Assembly (NCBI GenBank): GCA_028716245.1
Contig: JAQUQW010000002.1
Coordinates: 357,346-421,345, forward strand
Source: Candidatus Omnitrophota bacterium
GTDB lineage: Bacteria > Omnitrophota > Gorgyraeia > Gygaellales > Profunditerraquicolaceae
Reading direction: 5' to 3'
Length of the DNA stretch: 64,000 bases
Below are positions 1-9,242 of this stretch, piece by piece (the first letter of the stretch is position 1; each line of letters opens with the position of its first letter). Below the pieces are notes generated by a model. It ran no database searches. It saw only the letters and a list, made by a program, of their open reading frames with translations, and was not told the DNA's origin. The position numbers and the translations under genes were made by a program.

Positions 1-17
1 AAACTCATAGGATTATA

Positions 18-1073
18 ATGTATATTCGCACAATTGATTGGAAAAATAATAAGATCAGGCTGATCGATCAAACAAAATTACCGCGTAAGTTTGTTTATAT
101 TGACATTGATAGATTGAAAGATCTTTGGCAGGCAATAAAGGTAATGCAGGTGCGCGGGGCTCCGGCATTGGGGGTGGCTGCCGGCCTGGGAATGTACTTA
201 GGCATAAAAGATTATCCGGGTTCTGATTGGCTGGGGTTTAGCCGTAAATTAAACGCGGCAGCAAGATATATTGCCAGTTCCCGGCCGACAGCCAGGAATT
301 TATTCTGGGGTATTGAAAGGATTTGTCGGGTTGCCGCGAATAATAAAAAGCAGCCAATCTCTAAGATTAAAAAAATTATTCTTTCTGAAGGTAAAAAGAT
401 TATGCAGGAGGATATGGCCTCCTGCCGCAAAATCGGTTTTTACGGCGCAAAGCTGTTTAAAGATAACAGCACGGTTTTGACAATCTGTAATACCGGGATT
501 TTAGCTACCATTGACTATGGCACAGCTTTGGGAGTAATTTACCGGGCCAAGGAAGAGGGTAAGAAGATAAAAGTTTTTTCTTGTGAAACGCGGCCCTTAT
601 TGCAGGGGGCGCGTTTATCCGCCTGGGAATTGCATCAAAAAGGCGTGGATGTGACGATGATTGCCGATAATACCGCAGCTTCGCTTATGTGTAATGGAGA
701 AATCGACGCGGTGATTGCCGGAGCAGACCGGATTGCCGCCAATGGGGATTCCGCCAATAAAATCGGCACCTTAAACCTGGCCATTTTATGCAAACACCAC
801 AAGATACCTTTTTATATCGCCGCACCCCAAAGCACCTTTGATCTAAAGATAAAAAACGGACAGGGCATCGAGATTGAAACGCGCAAAAGCGAAGAAGTAA
901 CCAAGATTCTATTGAAGAAAGATATTGCTCCGTTTGGGGCCAGAGTATTAAATCCCGCTTTTGATGTTACGCCGCATCAGTTAATCAGCGCGCTGATCAC
1001 GGATAGAGGAGTTATCAAGCGGCCTTATTTTAAAAATATCCGGGAAATTTTGGAGACAGAAAAATGCGTTTAA
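18..1073 (+). CDS. mtnA: S-methyl-5-thioribose-1-phosphate isomerase (eIF-2B alpha/beta/delta family)
   Basis: 351-aa ORF with the RGAPALGVAAGLG motif and overall IF-2B/MtnA-like sequence; length typical. Confidence 0.75.
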   Translation: MYIRTIDWKNNKIRLIDQTKLPRKFVYIDIDRLKDLWQAIKVMQVRGAPALGVAAGLGMYLGIKDYPGSDWLGFSRKLNAAARYIASSRPTARNLFWGIERICRVAANNKKQPISKIKKIILSEGKKIMQEDMASCRKIGFYGAKLFKDNSTVLTICNTGILATIDYGTALGVIYRAKEEGKKIKVFSCETRPLLQGARLSAWELHQKGVDVTMIADNTAASLMCNGEIDAVIAGADRIAANGDSANKIGTLNLAILCKHHKIPFYIAAPQSTFDLKIKNGQGIEIETRKSEEVTKILLKKDIAPFGARVLNPAFDVTPHQLISALITDRGVIKRPYFKNIREILETEKCV

Positions 1074-1960
1074 AAGAGATTGGCGAATTTGGACTAATTA
1101 CAAGATTTCAAAAGAAAATCAAAACCGACTCTTCGGTGGTTGTGGGCAGCGGGGATGATTGCGCGGTTTTGAAGTTGAATAAAAAGAATTATCAGCTATT
1201 TACTACGGATATGATAGTGGAAGGGGTGGATTTTCGAAAAAAAGATAATTTGAAGTTGGTTGGTAGAAAAGCCCTGGCTATTTCAATCAGCGATATTGCC
1301 GCCTGCGCCGGCCTGCCGAAACAGGCGGTAGTCGCCCTTGGCCTGCCCAAAAATATGCAGGTTAGTCAGATTGACCTGTTGGCAGAAGGTTTATTTGATT
1401 TGGCAAAAAAATTTAAGATCAATATTGTCGGCGGAGATATCAGCGCTTCGGATAAATTGATTATTAATGTCAGTATGCTCGGGGATGTTGAAAAAAATAA
1501 ACTTTGCCTGCGCCGCGGCGCCAAGGTTGGCGATATAATTATGGTTACCGGTGAGTTTGGCGGCTCAATCAAGGGAAAGCATTTGAAATTCACTTCCCGC
1601 CTGGAAGAGGCGCGTTTTCTGGTGGATAATTTTAAAGTTAACGCGATGATCGATGTTTCCGACGGGCTGGTTCAGGATTTGGGGCATATTTTAGAACAGA
1701 GCAAGTTAGGGGCGGTTTTATATGAAAGCCTTATTCCGCTAAGCGCGGCGGCAGAAGGCATAGAGGACGCGCTTTGTTCTGGAGAGGAGTTTGAGTTACT
1801 TTTTACTGCCTCCCGGGATTGGGCCAATAAAATTATTAAGAATTCCAAATATCATTTTAAAGTTATCGGTGAAATCATGCCGGAAACATTTGGGTTAAGA
1901 TTGATTAACCTTCAAAATAAATATTCTAAACTTAAACTTCAAGGATACAAGCATTTCTAA
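1064..1960 (+). CDS. thiL: thiamine-monophosphate kinase
   Basis: AIR-synthase-related fold signature GSGDDCAVL near N-terminus; about 300 aa; overlaps upstream gene by 10 nt (operon). Confidence 0.7.
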   Translation: MRLKEIGEFGLITRFQKKIKTDSSVVVGSGDDCAVLKLNKKNYQLFTTDMIVEGVDFRKKDNLKLVGRKALAISISDIAACAGLPKQAVVALGLPKNMQVSQIDLLAEGLFDLAKKFKINIVGGDISASDKLIINVSMLGDVEKNKLCLRRGAKVGDIIMVTGEFGGSIKGKHLKFTSRLEEARFLVDNFKVNAMIDVSDGLVQDLGHILEQSKLGAVLYESLIPLSAAAEGIEDALCSGEEFELLFTASRDWANKIIKNSKYHFKVIGEIMPETFGLRLINLQNKYSKLKLQGYKHF

Positions 1961-2428
1961 ATGGAAAAATTATCCGCTTCGGTTAACCAAACATTAAGAA
2001 TAGGCAAGCAAATAGCGCGTAATCTGGCCGGCGGGGAAATTATCCTTTTATCCGGTTCCCTTGGCGCAGGCAAGACGGTTTTAGCCAAAGGGATTGCCCA
2101 GGGGCTGGGGATCAATAAGAATAACGTGATCAGCCCGACTTTTGTTTTGTTACGCGTGCACCAAGGCAGACATTTGTTGCAGCATTTTGACCTTTACCGG
2201 CTTAGATCTATCGAGGATATTTTTAGTTTAGGGTATGAAGAGTATTTTTACGCGCAAGCCGTGACAATTATCGAATGGCCCGAACGGTTGAAATTCCTCT
2301 TGCCAAAGGAATTTTTAAAGATTAAGCTATTGACAAAGGCCAAGAACAAAAGGCTGCTTAAATTCAGCGCCCGTGGCATGCGGCATAAAGCATTATTGGA
2401 AAAAATCCATGAAGATACTCGGCATTGA
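1961..2428 (+). CDS. tsaE: tRNA threonylcarbamoyladenosine biosynthesis ATPase TsaE (YjeE)
   Basis: 155 aa, P-loop GSLGAGKT; followed directly by tsaB. Confidence 0.8.
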   Translation: MEKLSASVNQTLRIGKQIARNLAGGEIILLSGSLGAGKTVLAKGIAQGLGINKNNVISPTFVLLRVHQGRHLLQHFDLYRLRSIEDIFSLGYEEYFYAQAVTIIEWPERLKFLLPKEFLKIKLLTKAKNKRLLKFSARGMRHKALLEKIHEDTRH

Positions 2429-3083
2429 TACGACGACTAAAATTCTTTGCCTGGGGGTTTACGCCGGCGGCAAGCTCTACGAATATAATCTTGAGGTGGG
2501 CAGGAGCCTTTCGGAATTACTGGCTCCGACGATCCAGAGGGTAGTTGAGGCGGTAGGATTAAAAATAGCGGATATCGATTATTTTGCCTGCGGCTTGGGG
2601 CCGGGGTCTTTTACCGGCATGCGGATTGGTTTGGCTACCATTAAAGGATTAAGCGTGGTCAGAAATAAACCGGTTGCCGGGATATCTTCGCTGGATATTT
2701 TAGCCAAAAATGTTCAAGCCACAGAGCGGCTGATCGTTACCGCCCTGGATGCCAGAAGAGGGCTTATTTACTGCAGTTCTTATAAATATGAGCGGGGATT
2801 GTTAAAACGTAAAAGCGAATATTCTCTTTTAAGCTTGGATGAATTTTTAAAAAAATTCCGCGGCAAGCCGGTAATTTTAGGAGACGCTTTAGCTTTATAT
2901 GGAAACAAGATCTCAGGCGGCATAAAAGGCGCGGCTGTTTTAGATAAGGATTATTGGAGTTTAAAAGCGCATAATCTTATGGAGCTGGCGCTGGTAAAAA
3001 TCAAGGCCAAACAATTTACTTCGGCGCTGAATGTAAAACCTATTTATTTATATCCTAAAGAATGCCAGATAAAGACAAAATAG
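2409..3083 (+). CDS. tsaB: tRNA t6A biosynthesis protein TsaB (YeaZ, inactive Kae1 homologue)
   Basis: MKILGIDTTT start typical of YeaZ/TsaB; start moved to internal ATG at 2409 (ORF track starts at 2373). Confidence 0.75.
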   Translation: MKILGIDTTTKILCLGVYAGGKLYEYNLEVGRSLSELLAPTIQRVVEAVGLKIADIDYFACGLGPGSFTGMRIGLATIKGLSVVRNKPVAGISSLDILAKNVQATERLIVTALDARRGLIYCSSYKYERGLLKRKSEYSLLSLDEFLKKFRGKPVILGDALALYGNKISGGIKGAAVLDKDYWSLKAHNLMELALVKIKAKQFTSALNVKPIYLYPKECQIKTK

Positions 3084-4183
3084 GTTACCGGCCCACCTGG
3101 GCAGAGGTTAACCTGAATAATTTAGAGCATAATTTCAGAGAGGTTAAATCTCTCCTTGGGAGCCGGACAAAAATCCTGGTTACCGTCAAAGCCGATGCTT
3201 ACGGCCACGGGTTGATCCCGGTAGCCAAAAGATTGTCCGCCTGCGGCGTGGATTACTTAGGGGTTGCCTCTATCGATGAAGGGATAAAATTAAGAAAGGC
3301 GGGGGTAAAAACACCTATCCTGCTCCTTGGCTTGATCCTGAAAAAAGATATCCGGCCGCTTTTTACCTATTGCCTTACGCCGACGGTTTGCGATAAAGAA
3401 ATGGCTTCTGCCATTAACGCCAAAGCCGCTAAGCTAAAAAAGAAAATAAACTTGCATATTAAAGTGGACACCGGCATGGGCAGGATCGGGGTTTTGCCCG
3501 ATGGCGCGTTTAAATTAGTCAAAGATATACACCAGCTTAAGAATATCGCCATTGAAGGCATTTTCACGCATTTTGCTTTCGCGGATCTTGACCGCAAGTT
3601 TACCGATTATCAAATCAATTTATTTGAGAAGCTGGTTAGTGATTTGGAAAAAAGTGGCATAGCTATTCCTTTAGTGCACGCTGCCAATAGCATCGGTTTG
3701 ATCGACTATAAAGACAGCCATTTTACCATGGTCAGGCCGGGTTTGGTAATTTACGGCTTGCATCCGAAAGAAGGTTTACGTATAAATTTAAAACCTGTTT
3801 TAAGTTTGAAGACACGCATTGTTTTCATTAAGCAGGTTCCTCAAGGCACCGGCATAAGTTATGGCCGCACTTATATAACTAAACGGCCGACGCGCATCAT
3901 TACTTTACCCATTGGTTACGGCGACGGTTATCCGCGCAACCTTTCCAATTTAGCCTGGCTTTTGATCGGAGGCAGGAGATTCCGTATCGCCGGCAGGATT
4001 TGTATGGATCAGATCATGGTTGATGTCGGTAATTTCAAGCCCAAGATCGGCGATGAGGTTGTTTTGATCGGACAGCAGGGCAGGCAGAAAATTACCGCTG
4101 AAGAGCTTGCCAGGTTATCCGGCACGATTTCCTATGAGATTGTCTGCGGTTTGGGCAGCCGCATCCCCAGAATTTATAAATAA
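3062..4183 (+). CDS. alr: alanine racemase
   Basis: PLP-lysine motif VKADAYGHG near N-terminus; 373 aa; C-terminal beta domain. Confidence 0.85.
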   Translation: MPDKDKIGYRPTWAEVNLNNLEHNFREVKSLLGSRTKILVTVKADAYGHGLIPVAKRLSACGVDYLGVASIDEGIKLRKAGVKTPILLLGLILKKDIRPLFTYCLTPTVCDKEMASAINAKAAKLKKKINLHIKVDTGMGRIGVLPDGAFKLVKDIHQLKNIAIEGIFTHFAFADLDRKFTDYQINLFEKLVSDLEKSGIAIPLVHAANSIGLIDYKDSHFTMVRPGLVIYGLHPKEGLRINLKPVLSLKTRIVFIKQVPQGTGISYGRTYITKRPTRIITLPIGYGDGYPRNLSNLAWLLIGGRRFRIAGRICMDQIMVDVGNFKPKIGDEVVLIGQQGRQKITAEELARLSGTISYEIVCGLGSRIPRIYK

Positions 4184-4185
4184 AA

Positions 4186-4242
4186 TAGGGACAGCGACCA
4201 TTTTTATTCTAATATTTTATTAAAAAATGGTCGCTGTCCCTA
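4186..4242. terminator. bidirectional intrinsic terminator hairpin between convergent alr and lptF/G
   Basis: Perfect 20-nt stem TAGGGACAGCGACCATTTTT / AAAAATGGTCGCTGTCCCTA flanked by A/T runs. Confidence 0.6.
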
Positions 4243-4243
4243 T

Positions 4244-5347
4244 TTAAGGCAGCTTGGTGATAAGATATAGGCTGGTGGATAAGACGATGATATGGCTTAA
4301 GGAGGCAGCTAAAGCCGGCATAAGTAACCCGGATTTTCCCAGTGCCAGGCATACGGCATCCAGTACGTAGTAAAAGAATCCCACGATAATCGACACTCCG
4401 ATCGCTGACATCCCCGTGGCGCGTTTGCGCATCATCAGAGAAAAAGGAATTCCCAGAAATATAATTATTAGGCTTGTAAAGGGCGAGGTAAACCGTTGGT
4501 AAAGATCCACCTTTAAATTCCGGGTTACCCCGGTTGCCCCGCTTTTAGAGAGCCTCCAGATATAATCTTGCATCTGGCGGATACTCATCTCTTCCGGTTT
4601 CTGCCTTAAGCTAGCCATGTTCTCGGGAGTTTCCGGTATATCCATAATTTCTTCTTCAAGATAAAGCGGTTCATCGATTATCTGTCCGTTTTGGTCAAAA
4701 TTATAAGTGATGCTTTGAAAAAATCTCCAAAGCCCCTCCTGATAAACTCCTTTGGTGGCGATGATTTTTTTTATCAGATTTTGGTTCTGGTCGTGCTCCA
4801 AAATCGTAATTCCTTCCATAGTTTTTGTTGCCAGAGAAAATTTATTGATGAAAAATAACCTGTTTCTTAATCCGTACATCGAAAGGTTGGTAATTGTTTC
4901 GCTTTTTTTGAGTTTTGAGTTTTTTGCCAAGCCTTCATCCATCTGGAGCTTAATTTTTTGATTTTCAGCCGAAGAGGAAGGGACAAATCTGTCGCCTACC
5001 CACAATACCGACAAGCTGATCAGCAGGCCGAAAAGCAGGGCATTGCCGGCAATCCCAAATATGCTTAAACCGCTTGAGCGCATGGCGATTATTTCATTAT
5101 TATGGTTGAGCCTGCCGAAGGTATAAACCGTGCTCAACAGGCAGGCGAAGGGGGAAACCTGCACGAACATTATCGGCAGGTAGGTCAGGTAATAGCGGGC
5201 CAAAAGCGCTAAAGTTGCCTGGTGTTTCAAGATCTCATCTAAATTTGAAAGCAGGTCGATAATAATATAAAGAAAAAGGAAAACAAAAACACAGGAAAAA
5301 AATATAGTGATAATTGATTTTAAGATGTAGCGGTCTAAGATGCGCAT
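4244..5347 (-). CDS. LPS export ABC permease, LptF/LptG (YjgP/YjgQ) family
   Basis: 367-aa membrane protein with a large periplasmic loop between TM segments; paired with a same-size paralogue upstream. Confidence 0.65.
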   Translation of the reverse strand: MRILDRYILKSIITIFFSCVFVFLFLYIIIDLLSNLDEILKHQATLALLARYYLTYLPIMFVQVSPFACLLSTVYTFGRLNHNNEIIAMRSSGLSIFGIAGNALLFGLLISLSVLWVGDRFVPSSSAENQKIKLQMDEGLAKNSKLKKSETITNLSMYGLRNRLFFINKFSLATKTMEGITILEHDQNQNLIKKIIATKGVYQEGLWRFFQSITYNFDQNGQIIDEPLYLEEEIMDIPETPENMASLRQKPEEMSIRQMQDYIWRLSKSGATGVTRNLKVDLYQRFTSPFTSLIIIFLGIPFSLMMRKRATGMSAIGVSIIVGFFYYVLDAVCLALGKSGLLMPALAASLSHIIVLSTSLYLITKLP

Positions 5348-6438
5348 AGTTTATAGGTTAAGTAACCTCCAACTGCGGCAAATATAATATTTGGGATCCA
5401 GCAGGCCAGGGCAGCCGGGATGATCCCTTCGATGGCCATTGCCACCAGGCCTATATACAAGGGATAATAGCAGATGATAATTAAGACGGCAATCCCGATG
5501 TTGATGGTTTTTTCGCGCCGGCGCGTAATGATCCCCAGCGATGAACCCAGGAGCATAAACACAAAACAGGAAAATGCCAAAGCCAGCTTTTCATGGATCT
5601 TGGTAATCAGGGGGGCAGGGCTTATTCCTTCGCTTTTTAATTTTTTCGCCTCTTTTTTTAATTCATGAATAGTCATCTCTTTGTATTTTTTATCCACAAC
5701 TTTGTCCTGCATCTGGGCCATGTCCAGGTTCATAAAATAGGTGCGGAAATTAAGCTTATAAAAGTTAGTGGGATTTTCCGGGTCAGGTTCATCGCTTGTT
5801 CCGTCGATGAGCTTTAATTTTATGGTGTTTTTGCCGGGAACGGTGATAAATTCTCCGGCGCGGGCGACAATGGTGCGGGTGGGCTTGTCTTCACCTTGAG
5901 GTTCATAAATACGGATGTTATTGAGCCGGTTCTTTTTCTGGTCTACGTGATAGATGAAAAGGACGTATTTTTGAAAGGAATCAATGAATACCCCTTCTTC
6001 GAAGGCGGCGGTAGGATTTTTTATCCCCATTTCCTGCAGGACTCTGCGGTAAGCAAAATGCGCGTAGGAGGCCGCCTTATCGTTAAAAACCGCCAGCGCC
6101 AAGCTTAAAGCCAGGCCGATAGTCAATAAGGGAAGGATTAATTTAAACAGGTTTATTCCGCTTGCCCGTATCGCGATTACTTCGTTATCTCCGGATAATC
6201 TGCCGAAAGCGAGTAATATCGCCACCAGTATCGATATAGGCAGGGTATAGGTAACGATATAAGGAGTAAGGTAGATAAAAATCTGCACCACGCTGAAGAA
6301 ATCCACTCCTTTATTGATGACTAAATCGGCAATGCGCTTTAGGTTGCCGATTAATACCATCAGGAAGGTTAATGTCCCCAGGCACAGGAGCAGGGGCCCG
6401 ATAAATTCTCTTAAAATATAATTACGCAGTATTTTCAT
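5335..6438 (-). CDS. LPS export ABC permease, LptF/LptG (YjgP/YjgQ) family
   Basis: 367-aa paralogue of the adjacent gene; overlapping stop/start; same architecture. Confidence 0.65.
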   Translation of the reverse strand: MKILRNYILREFIGPLLLCLGTLTFLMVLIGNLKRIADLVINKGVDFFSVVQIFIYLTPYIVTYTLPISILVAILLAFGRLSGDNEVIAIRASGINLFKLILPLLTIGLALSLALAVFNDKAASYAHFAYRRVLQEMGIKNPTAAFEEGVFIDSFQKYVLFIYHVDQKKNRLNNIRIYEPQGEDKPTRTIVARAGEFITVPGKNTIKLKLIDGTSDEPDPENPTNFYKLNFRTYFMNLDMAQMQDKVVDKKYKEMTIHELKKEAKKLKSEGISPAPLITKIHEKLALAFSCFVFMLLGSSLGIITRRREKTINIGIAVLIIICYYPLYIGLVAMAIEGIIPAALACWIPNIIFAAVGGYLTYKLCAS

Positions 6439-6439
6439 T

Positions 6440-7243
6440 CTAGTCGGCTAAAGTCATTAAAAGCACTATTTTTGCTCCGGCTTGCTTTAAACTTTTAGCT
6501 GCTTCGTTTGAGGTGGCTCCGGTAGTCAAGACATCGTCGATCAGCAATAAATTTGTATCCTTAATTAACTCCGGACGAGCAACCCGAAAACTTTCTTCTA
6601 CATTCCTGCGCCGCTCTTCTAAAGTTAGTTCGGTTTGGGTTTTGGTTGGTTTGCTGCGAATAAGCGCCTCAGTGAGCAGTTCCTTATTAAATTCTTCGGC
6701 CACCTGCCGGCTTAAAATTTCAGCCTGATTGAATTCTCTTTCTCTTTGCCGGCTTTTATGCAGCGGTACAGGGATAATGAAATCAAGATGTTGGATCGGT
6801 AAATTATAATCCCGGATAAAAGTATTCATAATCGAGCCTAGCGGTTTTCCCAGGTAATCTTTACCGCCATATTTGAATTCATGGATCAATTTTTTTACGG
6901 AACCTGTGTATGGGCAGGGGCTGAATGCCCGGTCAAAATAAAATTTTACGTTCGCGCAGCTGGCGCAAGTGTTTTTCTCTATTGCTTTGGCGTCCAGGTG
7001 CCTGCCGCATGAAGCGCAGAAAGGAGGCAGGTTCTTTTCGACCTTGTCCCAGCAGCCGCGGCAGACTAAATCCCGCTCTTTGGTTGCCTCAACCCTGTTT
7101 TTACAAACCAGGCAGTAGTTTGGATAAATTAAATCCTTTAATCCTTTAAGCAAACCGGGCAACATAAAGATATAATAACAATGAAAATTGGCTTTGTCAA
7201 AGTAATTGACAGCCGGCTCTATCGATAGTAGAATTATTATCAT
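6440..7243 (-). CDS. comF: ComF family protein (double zinc ribbon plus phosphoribosyltransferase domain)
   Basis: N-terminal CxxC...CxxC pairs and C-terminal PRTase motif LLIDDVLTTGAT. Confidence 0.6.
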   Translation of the reverse strand: MIIILLSIEPAVNYFDKANFHCYYIFMLPGLLKGLKDLIYPNYCLVCKNRVEATKERDLVCRGCWDKVEKNLPPFCASCGRHLDAKAIEKNTCASCANVKFYFDRAFSPCPYTGSVKKLIHEFKYGGKDYLGKPLGSIMNTFIRDYNLPIQHLDFIIPVPLHKSRQREREFNQAEILSRQVAEEFNKELLTEALIRSKPTKTQTELTLEERRRNVEESFRVARPELIKDTNLLLIDDVLTTGATSNEAAKSLKQAGAKIVLLMTLAD

Positions 7244-7802
7244 GGAAAAGGCGAACCGCGCGGAATTAAAGGAAAAATTATTTAAATTATTGAATAAAGA
7301 GGCTTTAAAAAGAGGTAAATTTATTCTTTCTTCGGGTAAAGAGAGTAACTATTATCTTGATGGCCGGGTAATTACCTTGAGTCCGGAAGGCGCATATTTA
7401 GTTGCCGGCATTATTCTGGATATGGTTAAAGATGAAGCTGTGGATGCTATCGGCGGTCCGACTTTGGGAGCTGATCCTATTGTAGGAGCCTTGGCCGTTT
7501 TAAGCTATATCAATAAACAGCCGATTAAAACATTTATTGTGCGTAAACAGGCCAAAGAGCATGGGACACAGAGGCAGGTCGAAGGCCCGGAGTTAAAAAA
7601 AGGCGGCCGTGTAATCCTGATCGATGACGTGGCGACCAGCGGCAAGGCGATCTTGGAAGCAAAACAGGCATTGGATAAAATCGGGGTAATCGCCGAGAAG
7701 GCAATCGTAATTGTCGATCGCAACCAGGGGGCTGTTGAAAATTTAGCTAAAGCAGGTTTAAAATTAGAGCCAATCTTCAAAATTTCGGAATTCGGCCTCT
7801 AG
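7242..7802 (+). CDS. pyrE: orotate phosphoribosyltransferase
   Basis: PRPP-binding motif VILIDDVATSGKAI; about 187 aa from internal ATG at 7242. Confidence 0.8.
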   Translation: MEKANRAELKEKLFKLLNKEALKRGKFILSSGKESNYYLDGRVITLSPEGAYLVAGIILDMVKDEAVDAIGGPTLGADPIVGALAVLSYINKQPIKTFIVRKQAKEHGTQRQVEGPELKKGGRVILIDDVATSGKAILEAKQALDKIGVIAEKAIVIVDRNQGAVENLAKAGLKLEPIFKISEFGL

Positions 7803-7810
7803 GTGTTCTT

Positions 7811-9055
7811 GTGGAAAAAATAAAAATTGTCGTAGTCGGCGCAGGGCCATCGGGGATGATGGCGGCAATCCGGGCAGCAGCTCTTGGCCAGGATGTAACC
7901 CTGCTTGAAAAAAAGAGCACCCTCGGAAACAAGCTCCTCTTAAGCGGCAAAGGACGCTGTAATCTTACCAATACCGAAGATCTCCAGTATTTTCTCAAAC
8001 GTTTCTCAAAGAGCGGCGACTTTTTAAGGGATGCCTTTAAGAAGTTTTTTAGCCAAGAGTTGATTTCTTTTTTTGAAGAGCGCGGTTTAAAGCTAAAAGT
8101 TGAGCGTCAGATGCGCGTTTTTCCTCAAAGCGACCGCTCTTCCAGTGTCCTGGATATATTAAAAAAAGAGTTGGAAAAGCTTAAAGTAAAGATTATTTAC
8201 AAAAGCCAGGTTATTGATTTGCTGGTTAAAGATGGAGGAGCCCGGGGGGTACGTTTAGAGGATGAAAAGATCATCACGGCCCAGCGGATAATTTTAGCCG
8301 GCGGAGGGGCAAGTTACAGTTTTACCGGTTCCGACGCCTCAGCAATAAATATCGCTAAAAAATCCGGTCATACCATTGTGCCTTTGCGGGCAGGTTTGGT
8401 CGCTTTGGATGTGAAACAAAGTTATCCTAAAAAATTAGAGGGTTTAACCTTGCGCAATATCCGGCTTGAGTTTTCCGACGGCAAAACGCAGATTATTTCC
8501 GAGGTAGGGGAATTAGTTTTTACAGCGACCGGAATATCCGGGCCGCTGGTAATTACTTTAAGCGGCAGGGTGATCGATTTGCTGGCTGAAAGTAAAAAAG
8601 TTTACGCGGAGATAGATTTAAAGCCGGCATTATCTATCGAGCAGCTGGATGGCCGCCTGCTTAGGGAGTTTAAAACCAATTCTAAAAAAATTATCCAGAA
8701 TGCGCTTAAAAGATTATTACCCTTGCGTTTAATTAAAGTTTTTATGGATGCCACGGGAATCGCTCCGCTTACAAAATGCAGCCAGATTACCCAGAGTCAA
8801 AGGCAAAAGATAATTTCCTTGCTTAAAGGTTTTCGTTTGGATATTTCCGGACCCCGGCCGCTTGAAGAAGCGATGGTGACCCGCGGCGGGGTGAGTTTAA
8901 AGGAGATCAATCCGCGGACCATGGAGTCGCGCCTGGTTAAGGGGCTGTATTTTTGCGGGGAGATGCTCGATGTTGACGCCGATACCGGCGGATTTAACCT
9001 TCAGGCGGCATTCTCGACCGGATATCTTGCGGGAGAAAGCGCGGCATCGAATTAA
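7811..9055 (+). CDS. FAD-dependent oxidoreductase, HI0933/YhiN (aminoacetone oxidase-like) family
   Basis: N-terminal Rossmann motif VVVGAGPSGMMAA; about 414 aa; family-typical C-terminal GG motifs. Confidence 0.65.
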   Translation: MEKIKIVVVGAGPSGMMAAIRAAALGQDVTLLEKKSTLGNKLLLSGKGRCNLTNTEDLQYFLKRFSKSGDFLRDAFKKFFSQELISFFEERGLKLKVERQMRVFPQSDRSSSVLDILKKELEKLKVKIIYKSQVIDLLVKDGGARGVRLEDEKIITAQRIILAGGGASYSFTGSDASAINIAKKSGHTIVPLRAGLVALDVKQSYPKKLEGLTLRNIRLEFSDGKTQIISEVGELVFTATGISGPLVITLSGRVIDLLAESKKVYAEIDLKPALSIEQLDGRLLREFKTNSKKIIQNALKRLLPLRLIKVFMDATGIAPLTKCSQITQSQRQKIISLLKGFRLDISGPRPLEEAMVTRGGVSLKEINPRTMESRLVKGLYFCGEMLDVDADTGGFNLQAAFSTGYLAGESAASN

Positions 9056-9242
9056 GGTCATATTTACGGGTGACGAGCCTTGATTCGAGCAGCATCTCAA
9101 AAATTTGAGCGCGGGCACGGTTGCCCGCAATAAATGTCCCGGCAGAGCGAAAATTTTTGCCGAAGCGAAGATTTTCCTCGCAGGGGAAAATCGAGCGGTG
9201 CTGGGAGAACAAGGCTCGGCAGGACCCGTAAATAATAATCTG

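Noticed and set aside
9056-9242. Structured-looking 190-nt region upstream of maf with repeated CGGCAG/GCGAAAAT elements; the ORF track starts the maf ORF here at 9105
   Set aside because: I could not match it to any riboswitch or known leader. The N-terminal extension has no RBS and is not Maf-like. Maf most likely starts at ATG 9243.
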